64,000 bases of DNA from Octopus sinensis. Lineage: Eukaryota. Of the stretch, positions 36,408-49,562 are shown in pieces. The position numbers and the translations under genes are program-made. The notes beneath the pieces are model-generated. The model saw only the letters and a list, made by a program, of their open reading frames with translations. It was not told where the DNA came from and ran no database searches. How positions within the stretch are numbered: position 1 is the stretch's first letter; each line of letters begins with the position of its first letter. The DNA lies in contig NC_043011.1 in NCBI RefSeq assembly GCF_006345805.1, positions 60,586,464 through 60,650,463 of the forward strand, read 5' to 3'.

Positions 36408-37323
36408 CCAGCCTGTTTTCGGCCATATGTAAAGAAGGGCATCCAGCTGTAGAAATCATGTCAATCCCAGACTGGAGCCTGGTGCAGCTCTCCAGCTATG
36501 GTCAAACTGTCCAACCCGTGCCAGTATGGACAATGGACATTAAATGGTGATGATGATGATGTATAAATATGTCAGGTCACTCTACCACTACTGGTAACAT
36601 GTAATGCAGTAGAACTTGTTGCACGTTCGAGTTGTCAGTGACTAAACCGGTTACCCTAGCAAGCTTGATTGGTGAGAAGGATGATTTTAGACAAACTGTG
36701 GGATAAAAAAACAACATCCATCAAAACATGGAGGGACTTAGGACAGTTATCGGTCATTTGATACAACCAAGGGCAGATTGTGTTTACCTGCCATTAGTGC
36801 AAACTATCTCTCTAGGATGAAGGTCATCTCAATTAGGTATTAACTATGACTAAAGGTATAATGCTTATCTGAAAACATAAGCAAAAGACATTTCAGAGAC
36901 GTTCCCTCTATAAATGTGTAAGGTGATTAGAAATATGTGTGTGTGTGTGTGTGTGTCTCAAAGGATGGAGTTAGCAAATTATTTTATTGCATTAAAGTAA
37001 TTTGCTAACTCCATTCTTTGATATTTCTATTATATATACTCAATGGATGTTTTTCAGATTTTTAAATTGTTGGAGTGGTAGTGCCAGATTAAAAAAAAAT
37101 AAAAAAGCTTCTCAATTTTCAGTTTTTTTGATAGTCAACATTGACAAGCTTTACGTAGTAAACGCCTGGATTATATATCCCAATTCACACAATGTAACAC
37201 ACACACACACACACGTAGTGAGGGAGAGCGTGAGAAAGAATTCATTATAAAAATAAAATTTAGTTTACAAAATTATTTCAGTTTTTTTTTCCCCCTTTTT
37301 TTTTATTGCACCAATTGAGTTAC

Positions 37324-37406
37324 TTTCACACAATTTTGTTAAAAGGCTGCAAGTGATAGTTAAATCTTTTCTTTCGTTGTCCATCCAATCAAATTCGATA
37401 ACAAGC
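37324..37406 (-). CDS. Candidate 83-nt internal exon
   Basis: Acceptor ctgctgcag, donor GTAACT; LVIEFDWMDNERKDLTITCSLLTKLCE; phase-compatible with 35408-35461. Confidence 0.22.
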
Positions 37407-39562
37407 CTGCAGCAGATTACAAAGCACCAGTAATCAGCTAATGCATTTGCTTACTAACATACAGCATGCAGTAGTCTATTGATCCAGATTTACAACAGCA
37501 ATTCCTGCCCTTTACAGTTGAACGAGTGCCATATAGCAGGGAGAACTGCCATACAGCTAGTTATAAAAGGTCATATGGTGAGACAAAAGAATGTTTTTGT
37601 GGTTTTTTAATTTCATCAGCAAGACTAACCCTGAAATAAAGCCTTTGAATGGAGCAGCGCCAACTATCAGAACGTTTTGCAAGGTTATAGGGAGTAAGGA
37701 GTGTAGGTATGGCTGTTCCCTGATGAAATTGGCTGTTGGGCAATGGTTCTCAACCATTTTTTTGCCTGTGGACCCCTTTGTTTCCTATTTTGTTCAATTG
37801 GGCCCCATAGCCATTTGTTGTGTAGAACAAAACATCCTACTGTATTTTCATAATGAAATACTAGGAATTGTATATAAAAAAAAATTAATATTTTGGCAGT
37901 GCCCCAGCATGGCCACAGCTCGTGAGCTGAAACTAGATGAAATAAAATAAATAATATTTGGTGAATTGCAGAAGTAAAAGCCATTTATTGCACATGAATA
38001 TTAACGAGAAAATTTTATATGGCCCCCTTCAAAGGGCCAAATAGACCCTGGTTGAGATCCCCTGCTGTAGAGAATTCCCTATGCAGTCAATAGTGAAAAT
38101 GCTTACAGCCACTGAAATAAGGGGCAGAAAGAGAAAGAGAGAGAGCATTTCTTTATTCACCATAAGGTTGAGAAAAAGAGGGGATGATACGAGGACAGAC
38201 AAAACAAACATTGGGATCAGGGTATCGAATGAGACAAAACATATGAATAAACAAACAATTAAAATATATAGAGACATACACACAGGGAGCAGTGTGCAGA
38301 ATAGGAGAGGAATAGGGGCCGAAACCGGACGTGGTTCCTCCTGATGATGTCTTGAGCTAACTGGATCCTATAAAGGAGCTGTTGTGGTAGCAGACCACGA
38401 AACATGGTTGTAATTCCTCAGATATATTCTTTGCAATTTTTGCACATGGTACAATGTTGATGTGAAGGGAGCAGGTGAGACAATCCCATTCACCTCTGTG
38501 CTCAACTGCTACTTTATTTTATTGCCCCCAAAAGGATAAAAAGCAAAGTCAACCTGAATAGAATTTGAACTCAGAAAGTAAAGAACCTAAAGAAACGCCA
38601 CTAAGCATTTTGTCAGACATGCTAATGAATTCTGCCAGCTTGGCGCCTTAGAACAGCCAATTATATATTAGCCTCAGTACAGCGTAGACATACACAACAT
38701 CTTTGTGTAGCATAAGAGGTGATAAAATAGGTTGGTGCCAAAAATAAAAAGAAATGGACACAAAACACTGCCTCTAAAAGACTTGTCTAAATCCTTTCTC
38801 AACATGGGAAAACAGTTATGATGATGGAGGTGAAGGTGGTGGTGGTGGTGGTGGTAGTGGTGATGATAATGATGATGGTGATGGTTATGATGAAGTTTAT
38901 GATATCTTTCATAAATCTGAACTGATAGTGTAAAATTTAATTAAAAGAATTTGCTAATTAATAAATAATTACACTTGTTGACACAGAGCCATAATTTTGG
39001 AGATTGAGTATGGTTAATTGAATTAACCAGAGTACATGATTGGTACAGATTTCATAGACCCACAGTGAAAAGCAATGGAGCATAACAAAAAAGAAAAATG
39101 AAAAATATAAAAAAAAAAAAAACTTGGCAAAAGTTGAGTTTGGAATAAAAGGTGAAATTGAAAGCAAAAAGGTATTCAGTCAAGCAATTAAATATGTTTA
39201 CAACACTAAATTTCAGATATACAATTGCGAGCCAATTGGAAACTCTCTAAGTGGTTGCCAGACCTGCTAGAAACAACAACTAAATTCTTCTCAAAGTACA
39301 CCTTAACATCTTAAAAAAAGGACACACTGAACAGTGTCGACATCATCAGATTGCTTTAACATTCACTTTTCCATGTCAGCATGGGTCAGATGGAGTTAAT
39401 TGAGGCAGCTTTCCTATAGCCAGATGCCCTTCCTGTTGCCAACCCTCACATGTTTCCAAGTAAGGTAATATTTACCTCATGGCTAGACATGTTTTCACAG
39501 AATATTGGAAATGAATGACACTGCTTGTATGACAGTGAAACTCATTTACAGCTATCGCATTT

Positions 39563-39900
39563 TCTTTTCTACTCAGGGCACAAGGACTGAAATTTTGGGG
39601 GAGCAGGCCAATCGATTAGATCAACCCCAGTACACAACTAGTATTTAATTTATCGACCCCAAAAGGATGAAAGGCAAAGTTGATCTCAGCAGAATTTGAA
39701 CTCAGAACGTAAAGACAGACAAAATACCTATTTCTTTACTACCCACAAGGGGCTAAACACAGAGAGGACAAACAAGGACAGACAAACGGATTAAGTCAAT
39801 TATATCGACCTCAGTGCATAACTGGTACTTAATTTATTAACGAAATACCACTAAGCATTTTGCCCAGCGTGCAATCTTTTCTGCCAGCTTGCTGTCTTAA
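39563..39900 (-). mobile_element. Dimeric SINE family A
   Basis: Two bodies joined at aaataccta|tttctttactacccac. Confidence 0.8.
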
Positions 39901-39979
39901 TAATAATAATAATGATAATAATAATAATAATAATGATAATAATAATGATAATAATAATAATAATAATATAATAATAATC

Positions 39980-40430
39980 TTTTCTACTCAAGACACAAGG
40001 CCTGAAACTTTTGGGGGAGGGGGAAAGTCAATTATATCGACCCCAGTATGCAACTGGTACTTAATTTATCAACCTTGAAAGGAGGAAAAGCAAAGTCGAC
40101 CCCAGCAGAATTTGAACTCAGAACGTAAAGACAGACGAAATACAACTAAGCATTTTGCCCGGTGAGCTAACATTTCTGCCAGCTCGCTGCCTTGTTCCAC
40201 TTCTATCATTAATGGAAAGTTTTTTAAGGTGGCAAGCTGGCAGAACAGTTAGCTCACCAGGCGTTTCGTTTGTCTTTATGTTCTGAGTTCAAATTCTGCC
40301 GAGGTCAACTTTGCCTTTCATTCTTTCGAGGCCAATAAAATAAGAACCAGTTAAGCACTGGGATTGATGTGATTAACTAGACCCCTTCTCCCAAAATTGC
40401 AGGACCTGTGCCTATAATAAAAAAATGATT
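39980..40430. mobile_element. Two SINE family A copies, head-to-head
   Basis: Minus copy at about 39980-40195, plus copy at about 40226-40430. Confidence 0.8.
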
Positions 40431-41431
40431 ATTAATGAAAACTCAGGAGCTTTTCAGTACTTCTTCCAACACTTTCCATTCTAAGTTCAAATCTCACTGA
40501 GGTTTTCTTTGCCTTTCATTTCCCTGGGATCAAGTACTGGGGTATCAACTAACATTTACATCCCCTAAAACTGCTGACCTTGAGGCCAAATCAGAAACAA
40601 TTACAAATGAAAACCTAGAATCTTTAGTCCCCTCATGAAATCCCTTTTGATAGAAAAAAAAAGTGAGGGTGGAATCAATTTTAGTAAAACTACAACAATG
40701 TCCAAAATTTTAATTGAACCAGTTTTTATTAAACCTTTCGGTAGTGGAAAGCAGTTTTATATAACCATTCTCTCTTTTGTCGAGGAATGTCATGTTTGGA
40801 ACTATTGTAAGCTGAGATATGTCAAGTTTATTGACTTACAGAAAATACCAATTCTATTTTTAGTAGATATCTAACTTCATTACCGGAATAATTATGGAAT
40901 CTGATTTCCCAGTGAAAGGGTCAAAGTAATTCTTTGCTATAAGTCTTTAGACATAACTCCCAGACTTCAAACTAAAATTTACTTCAATGATTTTTTTTTC
41001 TTTTGACCTCAGAAGCTAAAATCACACAAAAACAGAAAGAAAACGGTTTAGCTCTGGTTATGTGATTAAGAAATTCACTTTGCAACCACGAGGTTTTGAG
41101 TTCAGTCCTGCTGTGTGGCACCTAGAGCAAGTATCTTCTACAGTCCTGACTTGACTGATGCCTCGTGAGTGAAATTTGGTAGACGGAAACTGTGTAGAAT
41201 CCTATTGTATATAGATATGTGTGTGTGGGTGTGTGTTTCCCACTACAGCTTCACAAGTGTTGGTTTGTTTATGTCGCAGTAACTTAGCAGTTCAGCAAAA
41301 GATAATAATAGAGCAAGTTTCAAACTTAAAGAACAATAAATAAATAAGTGCTCCAGTTTGGCCACTGCCCAAAGACTGAAGCAAGTAAAAGACTAAAGAC
41401 AAATTTCTTACAATCAATATAAGATGTTTTA

Positions 41432-42017
41432 AAGGCGTCGAGCTGGCAGAAATCTGTCTTTACGTTCTGAGTTCAAATTCTGCCAAGCTTAACTTTCCCT
41501 TTCATCCTTTCGGGGTTGATAACTTAAATACCAGTTGCATACTGGGGTCAATCTAATCAACTGCCCCCATCTCCCCCAAAATTTCAGGCCTTGTGCCTAG
41601 AGAAGAAACGAATATTTTAAAGGCATTGAGCTCGCAGAAACGTTAGCATGCCAGGTGAAATGCTTAGCAGTATTTCGTCTGCCCTTAAGTTCTGAGTTCA
41701 AATTCCGCCAAGGTCAACTTTGCCTTTCATCCTTTTGGGGTGGATAAATTAAGAACCAGTTATGCACTGGGGTCGATATAATCGACTTAATCCGTTTGTC
41801 TGTCTTTGTTTGTCCCCTCTGTGTTTAGCCCCTTGTGGATAGTAAAGAAATAGGTATTTTGTCTGTCTTTACGTTCTGAGTTCAAATTCCGCCAAAGTCG
41901 ACTTTGCCTTTCTTCATTTCGGGGTCGATAAATTAAGTACTAATTGTGTAGTGGGGTTGATCTAATCGACTGACCCCTTCCCCCAAAAGTTCAGGCCTTG
42001 TGCCTTGAGAAGAAAAG
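41432..42017 (+). mobile_element. SINE family A multimer bounded by a 16-bp direct repeat
   Basis: aatataagatgtttta at 41416-41431 and 42018-42033 flanks a deleted monomer plus a dimer. Confidence 0.85.
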
Positions 42018-42575
42018 AATATAAGATGTTTTAGATTTCGGTAGGATTGTTGTCTGTTGCTTTTGAAAATAAAACATACAAAATATAAACAAACTGTGAT
42101 ATAGGTATATATTTAAAACCCAAAACATTCTTTAAAAGACGTATGATCTAGACTTTGAAGAGAATGTTTGTGTCGACTGTTCAATTAAAAGGAGACATTA
42201 GAAGAATTGCGAAAAATATAAATTGCAGTTAGATTTATCAAAATGTTAAATGTCCACGTGAATAGACATCTTGAAGTGTTGTGTCTGCTGTTGTTTATAT
42301 CACCAATTATGGTGTGGCACCAGAGGCTAAGATATAGATTGGAAGAGAAATTTTACAAGAATCTGATCATGAAACCATCTTTTATAAACTCAATTAATTG
42401 GACAAGACAAAAAAAAAAAAATGCTTCGTTTTTTTTTTTTTTTAATTTTTGTTTGAGACATCACCAAATTATGATGTGGAGGCAGAAAAAATTCTGAACA
42501 AAATTATACGCAATTTATTCCATTTAAAAGCTATCTGCAAATGAGGGGGAAAAAAAATATATATATATTCACACA

Positions 42576-42611
<36 letters not shown>

Positions 42612-42694
42612 CACACACTCATATATATATATATATATGTATGTATGTATGTGTGTGTGTGTGTGTGTGTATGTAATGTGTATATGTATGTGTG

Positions 42695-42736
<42 letters not shown>

Positions 42737-42978
42737 CATATATATATATAAAGTAATCCATTATTAAATTAAGTAAATATAAGGTGCCCAGATATAGCTA
42801 TATGGTTACAAAGTTCATTTCATGTCTGAGTGATTCTGAGTTTAATACTGTGATGGGGCAATTTGGACAAGTGTCTTTTTATTTTGAATGACTAAATCTT
42901 TCTGAATAAAATTTGATAGAAACTGCATTTTCTATCAAATGCATGTGTGTGTCTATGCATATATATATATATATATAT

Positions 42979-43232
42979 ATTATATAATTAGGGCTTAGTA
43001 AATTACTTTGCCACATACTGAACTTAGTAGAAATAGCAGCCATGTATCTATGTACTTGTGATATTTTTCTGTATTTACCCCCAAACCTTCGTGAGCTGTC
43101 TAGAGTAAACATTATCTGAGAGAAATTTTCTTTAAGTAGTAGAAATGCTAAGAAAATTTTTTTTGGCTGCTATTTCTACTAAGTTCAGTATGTGGCAAAG
43201 TAATTTATTTTACTAAGCCCTAATTATATAAT
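42979..43232. mobile_element. Long-TIR MITE
   Basis: Arms 42979-43042 and 43164-43232 are exact reverse complements apart from a 5-nt indel; TA-rich ends. Confidence 0.85.
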
Positions 43233-43796
43233 GTAATATTTTGAATTCGCCTTAAATGGTCCTTTTACATACTGAACACTTGGTGAAATTGATTAATTAA
43301 TTAATTTTACCCTCAATTGTTGATATATATATATATATATATATCATCATCACCATCATCATCATTATTTAATGTCTGTTTCTATGCTGGCATGGGTTGG
43401 AATGTTTGGCAGGAGCTGGCACCAAGCTTCAATTGTCTATTTTGGAATGGTTACAATGGCTGGATGACTTTCCAAATGCCAAATTCTTTACAGTCTGTAC
43501 TGTGTGCATTTTACATGGCACCAGCTACAGGTACTTTTAATGTGGCACCAGCACATACATACATGCGTGTGTGTGTGAAGTAATTCTCTTTTGGAATGAT
43601 GAATCCCAAAGCAGATAAAGCTATAAATAATATCCCCCACACCACCACCACCATGGCACTCCACATCCCTGCCACTACCACTCCACACCACTAATATATG
43701 AAATAAAAGTCTGAGGAGAGGTTAAAGTTCAAGAACAATGGTAATTTCAAACGATGGAAGAATGGTTTTGCTCAACAATATTACACAACCATATAC

Positions 43797-44003
43797 GCTT
43801 TACTCTTTTACTTGTTTTAGTCCTTTGACTGTGGCCATGCTGCAGCACCACCTTTAGTCAAGCAAATCGACCCCAGGACTTATTCTTTGGAAACCTAGTT
43901 CTTATTTTACCGGTCTCTTTTGCCGAACTGCTAAGTTACAGGGACTTAAACACACTAGCATTGGTTGTCAAGTGATGTTAGGGGGACAAACACAGGCACA
44001 CAA

Positions 44004-44052
<49 letters not shown>

Positions 44053-44216
44053 CATATATATGATGGGCTTCTTTCAGTTTCCGTCTACCAAATCCACTCA
44101 CAAGACTTTGGTCAGCCCGAGGCTATAGCACAAGACATTTGTCCAAGGTGCCACGCAGTGGGAATGAACCCGGAACTATGTGGTTTGTAAGCAAGCTACT
44201 TACCACACAGCCACTC
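43797..44216 (-). mobile_element. SINE family B, full length
   Basis: Head, internal microsatellite and taaaagag tail all present. Confidence 0.88.
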
Positions 44217-44649
44217 ATACATCTCGCCTGATTTTGGGTATCCTCCATTTTCAAACCAACCCTCCCAATCCCCCCTCCACCTTTACCCCAGTCTACCTCG
44301 CTTTCATGCTCCATTTACCTCAAATAATCTAACACTAATGATGCAGAATATTCACTTGTATAGACTAACAACAGATCCTCTGTGGGGTCACTTGACCTTC
44401 CAGAAATAACAGCCAAATCTCTCTCAAAATCGTGTCCTACATTCTTAATCCCTTAACCTATAAGCCAGCCACATCCAGCCCAGGTGTTTTATCCATTTTA
44501 CATTCAAGCCAGTCAGATCTGGCCTCTCACACTTCCTCTACAATGTCATTCTAAAAATAAAAATACCACATCATCGAAATTTTGAAGTTATAAGATAAAG
44601 GCAAGACTAATACAGAACACTGTTTGTAAATAAGCATTACATTTGATAG

Positions 44650-44948
44650 GTTGTTCCTTCTTGAGCCATGCCTGGCTCTTAGGGCCGGTTTTCTGGTTTC
44701 CTTGGCGTATAGGTTCCCCACATGGACGGGATGCCAGTCTGTCACAGGTGAGCTGCAAGATTCAGGAGGAAAGAGTGAAAGAAAGTTGTGGCAAAAGAGT
44801 CAGCAGAAGTTTGCCATTACCTTCAGCCAGAGCCACGTGGAGCTTAGGTGTTTCACTCATAAACACACACATTGCCCGGTTTGAGATTCGAACCCGCGAT
44901 CCCTTGACTGTGAGTCCGCTGCTCTAACCACTAGGCCATATGCCTCCA
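44650..44948 (-). mobile_element. Young tRNA-derived SINE (family D group) with 15-bp TSD
   Basis: A box TGGCCTAGTGG (44938-28), B box GGTTCGAATC (44894-85); TSD cattacatttgatag at 44635-49 and 44949-63. Confidence 0.92.
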
Positions 44949-45430
44949 CATTACATTTGATAGAGAATCTGAATATTGATTTCAAATTTTGACGCAAGAC
45001 CAGTAATTTCTGGAGAGGGAGTAAGTTGATTACATCGCCCCCAGCGCACAACTGGTACTTATTTTATCAACCCCAAGAGGATGAACAGCAAAGTCAACCA
45101 TGGCAGAAATTGAACTGAGAATGTAAAGACAGAAGCATTTTGTCCTGCGTCTTAATGATTCTGCTGGCTCACAGAATCATAACCTATGGTTATGATTGGA
45201 ACAACGTCCACCATATGTCTACTCAGGGCTAAACATAATTACTAAAGTAACAAACTATTTCATTGTTTAGAAACTTATTAACAGAAGACCCATCAAACTA
45301 AGTCAAGTCCTGGTGGTCCTTGCATACAGGCATGTCCCCTAGACCCTTGTTTAGCTGTACGATCCTCATCTCGGAGGCTCATGGGTGCTGGTGTCATGGA
45401 AAAAGCACCTGTACTGTGCACCACATGAAA

Positions 45431-45478
<48 letters not shown>

Positions 45479-45610
45479 ATATGTGTGTGTGTGTGTCTGT
45501 GCTTGTTCCCCCACCATCGCTTGACAACTGGTGTTGCTTTGTTTGACTAAAGGTGGTGCTACAGCATGGCCACAGTCAAATGACTGAAACAAGTAAATGA
45601 ATTAACATAT

Positions 45611-45671
<61 letters not shown>

Positions 45672-46414
45672 TACATGCATACACAACAGGCTTCTTTCAA
45701 TTGTCATCTATCAAATCCATTCACCAGGCGTCAGTTGGCCCAGGGCTACAACAAAAGACACTTGCGCAAGGTGCCACACAGTGGAACTGAACCCAAGACT
45801 ATGTGGTTGGGAAGCAAACTTCTTACCATACAGCCACAGCCACGTCTGCATCTTTATGATTCAAACACCATATCCATCAAGAGTAGATTAACTTATATGA
45901 GAATTGGGAAAAGGACTTTCCTGTTATCTACGATTGCCTAAAATAAATATCACAGACTCAAGACATTAAAAGCAATATTAACACACGGTCTTTAAGCTTC
46001 ATTTCATTCAAGAACATTTTACTCATATTTTTAAAATTTCCTTATCAGTGTCTTTGATGAATAAGTTATAAATTCTGCTGTACAACCGGCATTGAAACAA
46101 TATCACAGATGCTATGTTAGAGCTAGATATTCCAGATAGAAATAATTAACACAGCTGCCTTTTAGTATTATCATTATTGTCATCAGTAGAGCTAAATAGG
46201 GTGAATGATGTCTGCTCTTTGTAAATTTGAATGCTTTGTCACTATTTAATAACATTTAAACAGCTCACATCAACATCTTCTCCAGTATAATTTTGTCAAA
46301 AACAATCAGGAACTTTTAACTTACATATTTTTATTAATACCATTTTATTGTTCTTTTTTTTCTTCTTCATGACATATTAATTCCTGAATTCTGTTTTAAT
46401 ATTCCTTGCTTTCA

Positions 46415-46634
46415 CCCTTTAGCATTCAGATCACTCTGTCAAACGTAAGGCTTAGTCATTCACATTGGTTTAATTTAACCGTGCATCATCTCACAGCATC
46501 AAGATTTTCATAATGAAACTGTTTATTTTTAGAATGACATTGTAGGGTAGGTGTGAGAAGCTAAATCTGGTCAGTTTGGATATAAATCATGTAGAATAAA
46601 CAGGTCTGATCTGGCCAGATTAAATGCTGAAGGG
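46415..46634. mobile_element. piggyBac-type MITE, second family
   Basis: TIRs ccctttagcatt / aatgctgaaggg; TTCA/TTAA flanks; partial relatives near 44450-44640 and 51210-51360. Confidence 0.8.
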
Positions 46635-46656
46635 TTAAATATGGAGGCAAGATATA

Positions 46657-46881
46657 TATTTCTTTACTGCCCACAAGGGGCTAGGGAACAAACAAGAACA
46701 GACAAACGGATTAAGTTGATTACATCGACCCCAGTGCAAAACCGGTACTTTATTTATGGACCCCGATAGGATGAAAGGCAAAGTCGACCTCAGTGGAATT
46801 TGAACTCAGAACGTAACGACAGACAAAATACCGCTAAGCATTCCACCCGGCGTGCTAACGTTTCTGCCAGCTCGCCACCCT
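46657..46881 (-). mobile_element. SINE family A monomer with 15-bp TSD
   Basis: TSD tggaggcaagatata at 46642-56 and 46882-96. Confidence 0.92.
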
Positions 46882-47989
46882 TGGAGGCAAGATATAACTG
46901 TCTGGCTTAAGTTTCCTTTGTAACTATGTGTTTCCAGATTTTATCACATTGTGTGCAAGCACATGCACACACACACACACACACACAAATACAACCACTT
47001 TGGATAAGTGTCTTTGCTAGGAGTCCCATTTAAACAATGCCCTAAAAGTGGAATTTGGTAGATGGAAGGTGTGCAGAAGCATATCATATACATCATCATC
47101 ATATCCAGTTTCCAAGTTTGCATGGCTCAGATAGACTTTGTTGAGACAGATTTCTATGACTGGATTATCTTCCTGTTGCCAGCTTTCATTTGTTTCCAGG
47201 CAGAATAATATTTCCCCATGTCCAGACATGTTTCCATGGAAGACTGGAAACTAAGTGTGCCACTTGTATGACAAGGGAACTTGTTTACAACTACCATGCA
47301 ATGTGAAAATGAGGAGAGACAAACATACACATAAAATTCATGTTCACACAAACAGACAGATAGATACAATGGGCTTCTTTCTGTTTCCAACCACCAAATC
47401 TTCTGACAAGGCTTTGGTCAGCCTGAATCTCAAATAGAAGACACTTGCCCAAGGTGCCACAGAGTGGGACTGAACCTGAAACCATGTGATCTGGAAACAA
47501 ACTCAACCAGACAGCCACCCATATGTGTGTGTGCATGTGGATGTGTGTGTGGATGTGTGTGTGTGTGTGTGTACGTGTGTGTGTGTGTATGTGCGTGTGT
47601 GTGTATGCATATGTTTGTCCATGGACAACATAATACAACAAGCAGTTAAAATGTTTAAATGATTTATCAAAGAAATCTAACAACATTTATGATAGGGGTT
47701 TGGTTCCATGAAAAGCAAAAAAACCTTACAAATGAATAAAGAAGAATAATTCCCACCTACTTTTTTAATGAAACAAATGCTTGATTCACTGACACCAAAC
47801 TCACCCTCAACCCACACCCCACACCCTACAGCAAAGCTTCCACCATCGTGGATTTTCTTAAATCATCTTTATCTTTCTCTTTAAAGAATACACTTATGTG
47901 TGTAGTTTGTTATGGTTAGGTACCTTAGTACTTTTTCTGTTCACTGGTCCCATGTATAAGTCAGTGCATTCTTGGTGGCTGAGTATTAA

Positions 47990-48429
47990 CCCTTTTGTTA
48001 CCAACCTGGCTGAAACCGCCTCTGGCTCTGAGTACAAATGTTTTCTTTTCATTAAGTTTTGAATTAAAATTTTCCACAATTTATGTTCCCAACACAAGCT
48101 GAAGGACAACTAAGTTATTTTACTAAATTAATTGAAAGAAACACAGAGAATCTCAACAGCAATATGCTAACAAAAGGGTTAAAATATATAATAGAGAAAC
48201 AATTCTTAACCCTTTCATTACTAACCTGGCTGAAACCGCCTCTGGCTCTGAGTACAAATGTCTTGTTTTCATGAGTTTTGAATTAAAATCTTCCACCAAA
48301 CCTTAGTCACAATTTATATTCCTAACACTAGTTTAATGATAACTAAGTTATTTTACTAAATTCTTTGTTATATTTAAAGTAATTGAAAGAAACACAAAGC
48401 ATCACAACAGAAATACAGTAACGAAAGGA
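47990..48429. mobile_element. Two tandem piggyBac-type MITEs (47990-48178, 48210-48429)
   Basis: Each has TTAA at both ends; TIRs cccttttgtta/taacaaaaggg and ccctttcattac/gtaacgaaagga. Confidence 0.88.
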
Positions 48430-49204
48430 TTAAAGGGAATCACTGGAATGCAATCTTACATTACAAGCAGAATCTCTGACTGATCGCTAACCCATGTTAT
48501 CAAATAGGTATAACATGATTCACAACTGATTGTACCATGTTATCTTGGTCCAGTGATAAATAAATCATTGACAAACTGGGTTACATGTACATTTTATGTT
48601 ATGGTAACCTAAGCATTTATCTTCTGCAACAAGTGACACAATGTTTATCAGTAAATTAATTTATTCATTATTCATTTACTGATTAGCTAAACAAGTTCAG
48701 TTTGAGATATTGCAAAAGTAATATTACTCTCAGAAATTCTGAATTAATTCAACAATCATCGTCGTCTTTATTGTCATCTTCATCATCATCACCATCATCA
48801 TTTAACGTCTGTTTTCCATGCTAAGACATGTTGGAAGGTTTGACAGGAGCTTGCAGGCCAGAAGACTGCACCAAACTTTACTATCTGTTTTGGCTTGGTT
48901 TTTTTTGCGGCTGGATGTTCTTCCTAACACCAAACACCACAGAGTAAACGGCGAGCTTTTCCCAAGACACCAGCAATGGTAAGGTTTGTCACGGCACAGT
49001 TTTTATGGTTAGATGTCCTTTTGAATGCAAACCACTTTAGAGTGTGGCTTGAGTGCTATTTTTTACATAACACCAGCACCAGTGAGGTCTGCTTGGGCAG
49101 GGTTTTTACAGTTGGATGCCCTTCCAAATGCCAATCACTTAACAGTGTGGAATGGATACTTTTGACATGGCACCAGTGCCATAAATAAATATTGGTTTCA
49201 AATT

Positions 49205-49562
49205 TAGGTGCAAGGTCGGGTTCAGTCCCACTGCGTAGCACCTTGGGCAAGTGTCGTCTACTACAGCCTCAGGCTTACCAAAACCTTGTGAGTGGATTTG
49301 TTAGACAGAAACTGAAAGAAGCCCATCGTATATATGTATATGTATGTGTGTGTATATGTTTGTGTGTCTGTGTTTGTCTCCCCAACATCGCTTGACAACC
49401 AATATTGGTGTGTTTATGTCCCTGTAACTTAGTGGTTCGGCAAAAGAGACCGATACAATAAGTACTAAGCTTACAAAGAATAAGTCCTGGGGTTGATTTG
49501 CTCGACTAGAAGCGGTGCTCCAGCATAGCCACAGTCAAATGACTGAAACAAGTAAAAGAGTA
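49205..49562 (+). mobile_element. SINE family B, slightly 5'-truncated
   Basis: Matches 55398-55750. Confidence 0.85.

Noticed and set aside
38325-38415. Hammerhead-like CTGATGA plus two GAAAC motifs
   Set aside because: No consistent stem I; elements are not in a foldable register.
44880-44948. tRNA gene
   Set aside because: A and B boxes are present, but it is a SINE head with body, tail and TSD; no complete cloverleaf.
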